Below, in pieces: positions 39,598-48,321 of a stretch of 64,000 nt of DNA; position 1 is the stretch's first letter; every line of letters begins with the position of its first letter. The position numbers were made by a program, and so were the translations under genes. The DNA lies in sequence record MN871440.1; one strand, given 5' to 3'. The notes beneath the pieces were generated by a model. That model saw nothing but the letters and a program-made list of their open reading frames with translations. It did no database searches and was not told the DNA's origin.

Positions 39598-39671
39598 TGC
39601 GAGTTGGAGGAGAGGCCGTCCTCGCTGGGCTCATATCCCAGAGATCACCTGTTCGAATCAGGTACTCGCTT
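39598..39671 (+). tRNA. initiator-type tRNA-Met(CAT) without CCA, inside an extended stem
   Basis: 1:72 mismatch and three G-C pairs in the anticodon stem; flanks AGTGCGCTAAGA/TCTTAGCGTACT pair. Confidence 0.75.
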
Positions 39672-39696
39672 CTTAGCGTACTAAATAAAGAATAAT

Positions 39697-39788
39697 GGAT
39701 GTGCTGCAATGACGGTGGTATTGCACCAGACTGTAAATCTGGCCCCACAGGGTAAACGTTGTAGGTTCGAATCCTACCGCATCCACCA
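39697..39788 (+). tRNA. tRNA-Tyr(GTA)
   Basis: Cloverleaf, long variable arm, CCA. Confidence 0.95.
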
Positions 39789-39797
39789 ATTTAAAAC

Positions 39798-39882
39798 GCT
39801 CGGTTGGCAGAGTGGTTGAATGCACTGGTTTTGTAATCCAGACCGAAAGGCATCGCAAGTTCGAATCTTGTGCCGAGCACCA
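39798..39882 (+). tRNA. tRNA-Thr(TGT) on a Ser/Leu-like type II body
   Basis: Loop TT-TGT-AA; long variable arm; G1-C72, C2-G71; CCA. Confidence 0.75.
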
Positions 39883-39963
39883 TAAGAGGGATCCAGATGC
39901 CCCGTTTGTAGCATCTGGTGTGTAACTCGTTACATAAATGCTTTCTTTCGAGTGATCATTTAT

Positions 39964-40039
39964 GTGGCGGTAGTTCAGTTGGTAGAACTCCAGGTTGTGA
40001 TCCTGGTAGTCACGGGTTCGAAGCCCGTCCGTCACCCCA
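39964..40039 (+). tRNA. tRNA-His(GTG)
   Basis: Cloverleaf, C73-CCA; position -1 is T rather than G. Confidence 0.93.
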
Positions 40040-40046
40040 AAATTTT

Positions 40047-40123
40047 GCATCGGTAACTCAGTATGGTAGAGTGGCGGATTGAAAATCCGCTGGTCACTGG
40101 TTCAAGTCCAGTCCGATGCACCA
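40047..40123 (+). tRNA. tRNA-Phe(GAA)
   Basis: Cloverleaf with CCA. Confidence 0.95.
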
Positions 40124-40148
40124 AGTTCAATCGCTTTGAAAGGTGAAA

Positions 40149-40256
40149 TCGCTAATGCTTTTAAGTGCAATGAGATAGCTTCTCGAAAGTCGGGATATAG
40201 ATTGCCCCGTCGGTATTGATTTCATGTGGAGTTCGATTCTCTACCTTAGCGTCCCA
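40149..40256 (+). ncRNA. tRNA-like RNA with an expanded anticodon domain and CCA
   Basis: CGCTAA/TTAGCG acceptor stem; T arm GTGGAG-TTCGATT-CTCTAC; ATGAGAT/ATTTCAT stem enclosing about 40 nt. Confidence 0.65.
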
Positions 40257-40271
40257 TTTTATAAGAATATT

Positions 40272-40345
40272 CCGTCATTAGCGCAGTCCGGTAGCGCATC
40301 TGGTTTGGGATCAGAGGGTCATAGGTTCAAATCCTATATGACGGA
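40272..40345 (+). tRNA. tRNA-Pro(TGG)
   Basis: Cloverleaf; ends A-CAA. Confidence 0.93.
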
Positions 40346-40458
40346 CAAAATTGATTCAGCGTTGCGTTGAATGATGTGGGGTTACACAAAGTAGGATTAA
40401 GTTACCGAAACGATAAGACGATGACCCACGTTAAACGTTCATATTCGTCCCAGTTTAT

Positions 40459-40531
40459 AGGGGTATAGCCAAGTTGGTAAGGCAACGGACTTTGATTCCG
40501 TCATGCACTGGTTCGAGCCCAGTTACCCCCG
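40459..40531 (+). tRNA. tRNA-Gln(TTG)
   Basis: Cloverleaf; CCA not encoded. Confidence 0.9.
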
Positions 40532-40672
40532 CATTTTTAGCTTGCTAAAGGCTAAATGAGCTGCTATGATTCCCGTAGCTCGTTAAATTATCAAACGGGA
40601 AGGTGATGCGCGTGTGTAGCCAGAACGTAATGTTCAAGAGTCATGACGACATAAAGCCGTGTCGAAGAATTT

Positions 40673-40767
40673 GGAAGCGTGGCAGAGTCCGGCTTATTGC
40701 ACCAGTCTTGAAAACTGACGGCGAGGTATCCCCTCGTCCATCCGTTCGAATCGGATCGCTTCCGCCA
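40673..40767 (+). tRNA. tRNA-Ser(TGA)
   Basis: Type II cloverleaf, G73-CCA. Confidence 0.95.
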
Positions 40768-40791
40768 AATCAAACAATAGAGAGTTATATC

Positions 40792-41013
40792 ATGAAAGCA
40801 ACAAAACAAGATCTTGAGCTGGCATCCCGTTTCGCTGATAAAGCTGATTCATACGGTTTCGCTACTACTCAAGGTGATGCTAAGTGTACCAATCAACAGA
40901 TTGAAAAGCTGTTAAAACTTGGACTTATCAAAGTTAGTCGCGGTGTTCATTGCATTGGACAAAAAGACTTTGGCGGTTTTGTTCGAAGAGGAACTCACTA
41001 TTGCAAAGCTTAA
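40792..41013 (+). CDS. hypothetical protein
   Basis: ORF, AGAG RBS. Confidence 0.55.
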   Translation: MKATKQDLELASRFADKADSYGFATTQGDAKCTNQQIEKLLKLGLIKVSRGVHCIGQKDFGGFVRRGTHYCKA

Positions 41014-41123
41014 AACAAGAGATCGAGGAAAACGTAAGAGCCTCGTTCGTGTTATCCGGTCAGCGTGTTACTGATTCTCAATGGGAACAGATTAAACGAG
41101 CTGCTGAATACATCAAAGAACAT

Positions 41124-41211
41124 GGAGAAATGACAGAGAGGCCGAACGTAGCGGATTGCTAATTCGTAGGCCCGCAAGGGTCCGTGGGTTCGAATCCCAC
41201 TTTCTCCTCCA
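41124..41211 (+). tRNA. tRNA-Ser(GCT)
   Basis: Type II cloverleaf with CCA; discriminator is T. Confidence 0.9.
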
Positions 41212-41217
41212 AATAAT

Positions 41218-41302
41218 GCGGATGTGGTGAAATTGGCAGTCACACTAGATTTAGGATCTAGCGCCTCCGGGCATGTCGGTTCGAGTCCGACCATCCGTAC
41301 CA
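41218..41302 (+). tRNA. tRNA-Leu(TAG)
   Basis: Type II cloverleaf with CCA. Confidence 0.95.
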
Positions 41303-41310
41303 GATAAATA

Positions 41311-41334
41311 AAGGGGAGCTTCGGCTCCCTTTTT
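41311..41334 (+). terminator. intrinsic terminator ending the tRNA run
   Basis: GGGGAGC-TTCG-GCTCCC-TTTTT. Confidence 0.85.
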
Positions 41335-41349
41335 CATTAGGAGAATACA

Positions 41350-41742
41350 ATGAGTAGTTCATTTAAAGATTTCAAAGGCGATACGAACTCAAGCGTTGGT
41401 GATCTAATCTGCAAGCTGTTGAAAAGCGTGGCCTACGTTCACCACAATCATCTGGTGACGACCGTCTATAGCAGACATATGGCACTAAACGAATATTACA
41501 CAAGCTTACCTGAGTTGGTAGATGCGTTTGCCGAGGCTTCTATTGCTCGCGGTTATGCTCAGACATTTTCTGTGTCACATGCGGAAGTTGAAGTTGAAAT
41601 GTTGATTGACAATTTCCTGCAAGAGTGTACTATGGTGCATGAGTATCTGGAAACCAAACGTCATTTCGATCTGGTAAATCTGTTGGAAGACATCATGAGT
41701 TTCATGAGTTCTATTCGATACAAACTGAATCTTAAAGGTTGA
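41350..41742 (+). CDS. ferritin/Dps-like four-helix protein (DUF5856-like)
   Basis: HHNHL...YSRHMALNEYY..LPELVDAFAE; YKLNL C-terminus. Confidence 0.6.
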   Translation: MSSSFKDFKGDTNSSVGDLICKLLKSVAYVHHNHLVTTVYSRHMALNEYYTSLPELVDAFAEASIARGYAQTFSVSHAEVEVEMLIDNFLQECTMVHEYLETKRHFDLVNLLEDIMSFMSSIRYKLNLKG

Positions 41743-41767
41743 CAACAAATAGGGACTATGTAATAAT
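41739..41767 (+). promoter_or_regulatory. early promoter for the split tRNA; -10 box flanked by an inverted repeat
   Basis: TTGACA...TAATAAT with ATAGGGAC/GTTCCTAT flanks. Confidence 0.75.
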
Positions 41768-41784
41768 GGTTCCTATAAACAAAC

Positions 41785-42550
41785 GGCCCCGTAGCTAGAG
41801 GGTTCAAGCAGGCGGCTCACATCGTCTCTTAGATGTATAAATAGATTCATAATCTAGGAGACATTAAATGAACTGCGTATATTGCGACAAAACATGTAAG
41901 AACACAAATTCACTGAGACAGCATGAAATCAGGTGCTCGAAAAATCCAAATAAAATACAGTTTCATTGTCCGAGTAGAAAAGGACAGAAAGGCGGAAATA
42001 AGTACACAAAAGCCGCGAAACTTGGATTGGATAAGCCGATTATCTCAGAAGAAACCAGAAAACGATTATCGGAATCCTCTAAGATGCAAAACCAATTTAG
42101 ATGGACACCCGAAGCTAGACAAAAGTTTTCTGATGTTATGAAAGCGGTTGTTAGAAACAATCCGGATTCTTACAGTAAAAATAACGTATCTGGTCGCGTT
42201 AAGATGTATACGTTTGAAGGACAAACTTTCAAAGGAAAGTGGGAATTATTGGTTGCAAAGTGCCTTAGTTCTGTTAAGATTGAATACACAAACGATGTTT
42301 CTCCATTTGAGTATGAGTGGGAAGGAAACAAACACTTATATTTTCCTGACTTTTATCTACCTTCTCTCGATCTTTATATCGAAGTAAAAGGTTACGAGAG
42401 GGAAAGAGACAGATGTAAGTGGAAATCGGTTGACAATCTCGTTGTCCTTAAAAGTTCACATATTAAAGAACTGGAAAGTGGTAAATCCATAATCGAGTTC
42501 TTGTGAAGAATAACCGCTCGTTGTGGGTTCGATTCCCACCGGGGCAACCA
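41785..42550 (+). tRNA. tRNA-Ile2(CAT) split in the anticodon by a 691-bp insertion (exons 41785-41819 and 42511-42550)
   Basis: Joined halves give GGCCCCG...GGCGG-CT-CAT-AA-CCGCT...CGGGGCA-A-CCA, an ileX-like cloverleaf. Confidence 0.85.
41868..42506 (+). mobile_element. putative homing endonuclease, PD-(D/E)xK type, with an N-terminal Zn finger and NUMOD3-like motifs
   Basis: CxxC...H...C; ISEETRKRLS; YFPDFYLP...YIEVKG; lies inside the tRNA gene. Confidence 0.8.
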
Positions 42551-42571
42551 AATTCATTTGAGGAAATAATT

Positions 42572-42778
42572 ATGTTTTATGTTGTAATTCGCTCATTCTT
42601 TGATATAGAATACGGTGGAGAATATAAAGAGTTCTATGCCGTTCGCACCAACAAAAAGATCGCTGAATCTGTTGTTGCTCGCGCTACAGTCGAGTATTCT
42701 GAAAAGGGATACAGCGAAAGCTACCGTTTCTCAATGGAAGAACATACCGAAGAAAGCTTTGGTGATTTGGATGTATAA
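42572..42778 (+). CDS. hypothetical protein
   Basis: GAGG RBS. Confidence 0.6.
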   Translation: MFYVVIRSFFDIEYGGEYKEFYAVRTNKKIAESVVARATVEYSEKGYSESYRFSMEEHTEESFGDLDV

Positions 42779-42780
42779 TT

Positions 42781-43092
42781 ATGCATTATATCGACGTTGA
42801 CAAGGACAAGAAAGTCCGATTATCTCAGTTTCAACGACTCTATCTATCTCGACTATTCCACAACGGAGATCGAGTATGTCGTTATATCAACGAAATGCAT
42901 CAACAAAACAAAGTTGTCTTTGTTGCACAATCTCCGTTTAACGCGGTAGAAGACAAAAAGATGTTGATTGCCTGTGCTAGTGAGTTCGCATTCAATCGAG
43001 AACTGGCTAGACAGAAAGACGATTTCAACTTTAAAATGCACAAGGCTTTGCACAAAGCAAACTGGGAATACGAACATGATTCTGATGATTGA
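42781..43092 (+). CDS. hypothetical protein
   Basis: ORF. Confidence 0.6.
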   Translation: MHYIDVDKDKKVRLSQFQRLYLSRLFHNGDRVCRYINEMHQQNKVVFVAQSPFNAVEDKKMLIACASEFAFNRELARQKDDFNFKMHKALHKANWEYEHDSDD

Positions 43093-43345
43093 AGGCTACA
43101 AAAAGAAAGTTGTTCATCAACGCTGGCAAATCGTGGCATTTCTCGCCAGAAAAGATATCGTGGACGAAGATTATCTGGAAGATTGTGCGGATGAAATTCG
43201 CGACATCATGAAAAGTGGTGCTGAATACTGCTATGGTGATTTGGATCCATATCGCCGTGAGATCAACGAAGCTCGTTGTTTGATTGTTAGTGATAACGAA
43301 GAGAAGTTAGCAGAAATGGTGGCAGACGCTGCCGAAGAGATCTAA
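43085..43345 (+). CDS. hypothetical protein
   Basis: ORF; start uncertain. Confidence 0.55.
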   Translation: MIEGYKKKVVHQRWQIVAFLARKDIVDEDYLEDCADEIRDIMKSGAEYCYGDLDPYRREINEARCLIVSDNEEKLAEMVADAAEEI

Positions 43346-43353
43346 TAAATAAT

Positions 43354-43438
43354 AGGTGTTAGTTGTAAGTCTCAATTGGAAGAGCTACTGGGCAGAAACC
43401 CAGTGGGGTGCGGGTTCGAGTCCCGCCTTCTGACGCCT
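43354..43438 (+). ncRNA. tRNA-like RNA with a 6-nt anticodon loop and no CCA
   Basis: D arm; ACTGGG-CAGAAA-CCCAGT; canonical T arm GCGGG-TTCGAGT-CCCGC; offset 9-bp terminal stem. Confidence 0.65.
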
Positions 43439-43520
43439 CTATAAGGAATATATGATTAGACATAAGTTTTCACACAAGGGACAGTTTTTTCATTGTTTTA
43501 ACTAACAATGGAGATCCAAA

Positions 43521-43901
43521 ATGTCAAGAACTACCCGAGTTAAGAACAAGAATGAAGTCAAGTATCTGATCGGACACAACTTCTGGAAAGCGAACTGTAA
43601 CGCATATTACCGAATTGGTAAGTACGATTTCTGGCGTTATCACATTCAGCAAGAACGTATCAATATGAACGTTTATGAAGAATATGATCGTGAGAAAAAT
43701 CAGATCGTCCGTGGATACGACTGCGAAGTTTGCAAAACCGGCAATTACTCAAACAAGAGCTGCCGAGAGTATGTCAATCTGAGTCGCGCTAAAGTGAGAG
43801 ATCAACTTAAAGCTATCACTTTGGAAAATTCCGATTGTGCTGACATCATTGATGACAGAAAACAAAGAACATGTACCTTCCGCTGGACCGTACAATGGTA
43901 A
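43521..43901 (+). CDS. hypothetical basic protein
   Basis: GGAG RBS; followed by a terminator at 43906-43927. Confidence 0.65.
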   Translation: MSRTTRVKNKNEVKYLIGHNFWKANCNAYYRIGKYDFWRYHIQQERINMNVYEEYDREKNQIVRGYDCEVCKTGNYSNKSCREYVNLSRAKVRDQLKAITLENSDCADIIDDRKQRTCTFRWTVQW

Positions 43902-44007
43902 ACAGAACCCGCTTCGGCGGGTTTTTTATTGGAAAAATTCCTTGCATTGTCCCGCTGTTCTGATAAGATAGCTCTATCGAAACAACGAATCACTTGAGGA
44001 ATACATT

Positions 44008-45452
44008 ATGGCTACAATTCACGATTTTCTGTTTCCGTTTGAACTCAATGAAGGTTACCATGTTGCAATTATTGATGATCTTCGTGATACACTTTTGAAA
44101 TGCACATACAGCCGCAAGATCTCACAGTATATCTTAGATCGTTTCGGCTATAAATCTGGCGTGTATATCAACAAAGGTAAATCTCCAGAACTGTATATCA
44201 TTACCGAACGTGGTTACACTACCGTTGATAAAGCGTCCGATATCGATGTGTTTTTTGATAAAACTTGTGTTGACACACTAGACGATCTTGTGTATGCTGA
44301 AATTGATGATAGCGTTACCGAGATCGAAACGTCCGATTGTGTATACGAGCGCAGTCGTCAACTTGAACAGGAGTGGAAACCAATGTTCGGTGAGTGCATG
44401 ATCTTTGGTTACGAAGATTCAACACTGGTAGTCAAGAAAGACCACTATTTCGTTCTGAATGGTTTCTTTAACGTAGATATCAACAAACGAGGTTAATTAT
44501 GCGCAACATGACGTTTAACTCGGCAAAAGAGTTCTGGGATTTTACTCTTGAGGAACTAGCTCAGTTTGACACAATCACGGTATCATTCGCGAATGAATGT
44601 GAACTGTATAAGCGGGATCGTGGTCTAGAACTTTACTACCACATTCACCGCAAACAAAAAGTGATTGCATTCAGCCACGATTATGGCTATGATAGTATTA
44701 TTCGAACTGAAAACGAGGAATCGAAATGAAAGTCTTTGTAAAGAATATGGAAGAACTGTTGACCATGAATCTGATCGGGATTCGCATCGTTGATTGTCTT
44801 GGTAAGATCTACAATCGCAACGATGATGCCGAACAACTGTTTGAAAACGTCTTTGGCGTTCGTCCATTCGTTTTCGTGAAAGACATGTATCACGACTGTG
44901 GTAGCATCATGTCCGAGTATGGCACAATGTATACAATCGTTGGCCAACGCTTTATCAAGTTCTACGGCGCTGATAATCTGTTTATGGACGTACAGGGCGA
45001 ATGATGAAAAAAGTTCTTGCGTTTGTCGCTCTGATGTTGTTTAATAGCTCTGTGTTCGCATCATATGAAGGTGTTATTACTTGCTGGTTCCAAACCGGTG
45101 TGTATGTGAAAACACCGGATGGCACGTTGATCAACAATCTTCAATCCGATAGTATGGATCGAATTGATATTGGATGAGTATTCAGATACAACAATAAATT
45201 GTATTATGTTACCAACGCTGTGTGTTCTGTAATGAGGAATCAATAATGAAGCATGTAATTTCGCTGTATAAAGAGTATTTCAATACCGAGTCTATGTTCT
45301 ATCGTCTGCCAGCAGTCGATAAAGTCGGTGAAGTTGTAAAAGACATAATTGTGGATGATTTGTCCTTTACGCAAAACTATATCTCATTCAAATACAAAAA
45401 TGAAACCTATCTGGTTTCTGGCTGCAAACTTATTGCTAAGGAAATGAAATGA
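44008..45452 (+). CDS. run of small early hypothetical genes (44008-44496, 44499-44729, 44726-45004, 45001-45177, 45246-45452)
   Basis: Translationally coupled ORFs after the early promoter at 43942-43969. Confidence 0.6.
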
Positions 45453-45874
45453 AAAAGATTATTCAAAACGTGATGTTCGTGTGTGCCATGCTGGCTGTTG
45501 GTGCCGTTAAAGCTGATACTCTGTATGAAGTAGAAACCTCAGGTCTGATCTTCAAAGATACTCTGAGTGTAGAAGTATTCAGCGACCCGGACTATCCGAA
45601 CATTACTTGTTACGTCAACCTGCCGTCTCGCTCTATGAGCATCGAAGACCAGACTGATGTTGACATGCAGTGTGTGACCGCACCGTTCGAATCTGGCGTT
45701 GAACTGACTTCTCGCAAAAACATCTTCTCACAGAAGAAAAGCTGGTTCTTCAAAAACATGGTAATCGACCGTGTTTATGACAAAGAGCATATGAACATGG
45801 TTTACGTAAGTTACACCAAGAAAATGGATGGCGACAACGCTAGTTCCGCTATCACCGTGGTGCCTGTTCTGTAA
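45449..45874 (+). CDS. CreA-family periplasmic protein
   Basis: Signal peptide; VEVFSDPDYPNITCYV; FFKNMVIDRVYD; SAITVVPV. Confidence 0.8.
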   Translation: MKKIIQNVMFVCAMLAVGAVKADTLYEVETSGLIFKDTLSVEVFSDPDYPNITCYVNLPSRSMSIEDQTDVDMQCVTAPFESGVELTSRKNIFSQKKSWFFKNMVIDRVYDKEHMNMVYVSYTKKMDGDNASSAITVVPVL

Positions 45875-45883
45875 GGGAATTCT

Positions 45884-46210
45884 ATGATCCGTGTTCTGTT
45901 TCTTGTGTTCGTCGCGCTGTTATCTGGGTGCGGCGAACCAGAAAAGCCAATCGTGGTTCGAGAAGTGACGGCACAAGCAGCGCGATATAAGCCACAAGAG
46001 TGGAGAGGCAAGTTCTATCAAGAAGCTCGCGTTGAGTTTGATTACAACGGCATTCAAGTGTATACTATAGAAACCGGTAGCTGTACGATTGTGCCTGAGT
46101 TCAAACAAGAAACCGTTGTGTTGCTGAAAGCCGTTTATTCGAATGGAATCAAATACTACATCAAGGACGACAAATACCAAGCTAACTTTTTAGCGAAATA
46201 TTGTTACTGA
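45884..46210 (+). CDS. putative lipoprotein
   Basis: Lipobox LSGC. Confidence 0.65.
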   Translation: MIRVLFLVFVALLSGCGEPEKPIVVREVTAQAARYKPQEWRGKFYQEARVEFDYNGIQVYTIETGSCTIVPEFKQETVVLLKAVYSNGIKYYIKDDKYQANFLAKYCY

Positions 46211-46260
46211 TGTTTACTTGCCACGGAAGGCGAGCTATAGTAACAGAAAACGAGGAACTA

Positions 46261-46839
46261 ATGGCAAAGCTGTTTTTTACACATGCCGCGATGAATGTTG
46301 GTAAGAGTACACAACTGTTACAAGTTGCATACAACTACAACGAGCGCGGTCAAAACGTACTGTTGTTTAAACCTGCTTTTGATACCAGAACTGAGGGAAC
46401 AATCGGTTCTCGAATCGGGATCAATCGCGAATGTCGTTGTGTGCATCACAACGAAAATATGTTTACTTTGATTGAGAAAGAGAGTAAACTACAGAAAATT
46501 GATTGTGTACTTATTGACGAAGCACAGTTTCTAACTGAAACTCAGATCTGGCAACTGTCTGATGTAGTCGATAAGCTCGATGTCCCTGTTATGTGTTACG
46601 GACTAAGAACTGACTTTCTTGGTAATTTGTTTGAGGGTTCAAGAACTCTTTTAGCAATCGCTGATGAAATCAGACAGTTATCCGGGATCTGTGACTGTGG
46701 AAGAAAGTCATGTATGGTAGCTCGCATTGACGACGATGGTCGAGTTATTAAACGTGGTGAACAAATTTGCATTGGGGCTGAACAACGATATATTTCGTTC
46801 TGCCGCAAGTGTTGGAAAGAAAAACTGTCTCACGAATGA
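46261..46839 (+). CDS. tk: thymidine kinase
   Basis: AAMNVGKST; LIDEAQFL; CYGLRTDF; C-terminal Zn-binding Cys pairs. Confidence 0.97.
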   Translation: MAKLFFTHAAMNVGKSTQLLQVAYNYNERGQNVLLFKPAFDTRTEGTIGSRIGINRECRCVHHNENMFTLIEKESKLQKIDCVLIDEAQFLTETQIWQLSDVVDKLDVPVMCYGLRTDFLGNLFEGSRTLLAIADEIRQLSGICDCGRKSCMVARIDDDGRVIKRGEQICIGAEQRYISFCRKCWKEKLSHE

Positions 46840-46874
46840 GACTATTTTAAACAAACCTGAAAGAGGTAATTTCT

Positions 46875-48317
46875 TTGTCTAAGTTTATGAATGCAATGAC
46901 TCAAGCGCAAGCACTGGCACGTACCGCTAACGGTGCAGTTACTAACTATACCACTGGTGATAAGTGTCTGAATCTGTTTTCTCAAATCGGTTCCGCTCGC
47001 GGTAAAGATCTGAGTTCCATGTTTGTGGAAGCTTACACCGAATCTCCGGATTGGGCAGTTCGTATTCTGCAATGGGCTCGCGATATTCGCGGTGGTGCTG
47101 GTGAGCGTGAACAGTTCATTCGTCTGCTGAAACTGCTGGCACATCGTCATCAAGTTGACGCTACCGTCGTTCTGATGAACACACCGGAAATCGGTCGTTA
47201 TAAGGACGTTGTTTCAATGATTGGTACTCCAATCGAAGATGCTGCGGTCGCTATCATGGTGGACGCGATTCTGATCAAACAGAACGGTCTTGCTGCTAAG
47301 TGGGCTCCTCGCAAAGGCAAAGAAGCTGGTATTCTGGCCAAAGCTATGCGTATGACTGCTAAAGAGTATCGTCAGACAATCGTCCGTATGTCGAACACCG
47401 TTGAACAAAAAATGTGTGCTCGTCAGTGGGATGGAATTGATTTCGGTAAACTGCCGTCTGTTGCATCTGCCCGATATCAGAAAGCATTCCTGAAAAATGC
47501 GAATGAGCGTTATGTTGCTTATCTTGAGTCTCTGAAAAAGGGCGAAGCTAAGATCAACGCTGGTGCTGTGTACCCGTATGACATGATCAAATCATTGCGT
47601 ACCGGTTCTTCTGTTGCTGCTGATGCACAATGGAAAGCACAACGCGACTGGATGGCTGGCTCTACTGAAAACGTAATCGCAATGGTTGACGTTTCTGGCT
47701 CTATGAGCACCCCGACTGCCGTCGCTGGTCTGTCTGCTATGGATATCGCGATCTCTTTGGGTCTGTATATCGGTGAACGCTCTGGTGGTGTGTTCAAGAA
47801 CGAAGTGATTACCTTCGATGATAATCCTCAGTTCTACAACATCAAAGCGAAAGGCGATGATCTGCAAAGCATGGTGAATCATCTGGGACGCGCTCCGTGG
47901 GGTGGTTCTACCAACTTCGCTGGTGCATTCAAGATCATTCTTGATCGTGCCGTGAAACATCGAGTTCCGCAGTCTGATATGCCGTCTATGATGGTTGTAT
48001 TGTCTGACATGGAATTCAACGTTGCAGACGGCGGTTATAGCGGATACTATCGTATGCGTGACCGCGAACGTACCAACTTTGAGGTGATTCGTCAGACTTA
48101 CCGCGATGCTGGTTACGAAATGCCGAAACTTGTGTTCTGGAATCTTTGCCCGCGCCCGACTAACAATCCGGTGACCAAAGACGATCAAGGCACTGCGTTG
48201 GTATCTGGTTTTAGTCCTGCAATCATGGAGACAATCCTGAGTGCAAAAGAGTTTAACCCGATGCAAATCATGCTTGACAAGATCATGAGCGACCGATACG
48301 TCGGTATTGATTTCTAA
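46875..48317 (+). CDS. DUF2828-family Ro60/TROVE-like protein with a C-terminal vWA domain
   Basis: RTANGA, WARDIRGGAGERE, LAAKWAPR, KINAGAVYPYD; MIDAS DVSGSM...GSTNF...LSDMEF. Confidence 0.85.
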   Translation: MSKFMNAMTQAQALARTANGAVTNYTTGDKCLNLFSQIGSARGKDLSSMFVEAYTESPDWAVRILQWARDIRGGAGEREQFIRLLKLLAHRHQVDATVVLMNTPEIGRYKDVVSMIGTPIEDAAVAIMVDAILIKQNGLAAKWAPRKGKEAGILAKAMRMTAKEYRQTIVRMSNTVEQKMCARQWDGIDFGKLPSVASARYQKAFLKNANERYVAYLESLKKGEAKINAGAVYPYDMIKSLRTGSSVAADAQWKAQRDWMAGSTENVIAMVDVSGSMSTPTAVAGLSAMDIAISLGLYIGERSGGVFKNEVITFDDNPQFYNIKAKGDDLQSMVNHLGRAPWGGSTNFAGAFKIILDRAVKHRVPQSDMPSMMVVLSDMEFNVADGGYSGYYRMRDRERTNFEVIRQTYRDAGYEMPKLVFWNLCPRPTNNPVTKDDQGTALVSGFSPAIMETILSAKEFNPMQIMLDKIMSDRYVGIDF

Positions 48318-48321
48318 AATT

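Noticed and set aside
40998-41162. VbhA-like antitoxin ORF (QEIEENVRASFVLSGQRVT...)
   Set aside because: The resemblance is weak, there is no clear start or RBS, it overlaps tRNA-Ser, and no Fic partner is present.
41820-42510. Group I intron in tRNA-Ile2
   Set aside because: Only 48 nt before and 4 nt after the ORF; no P7/R-S core elements or terminal G are visible.
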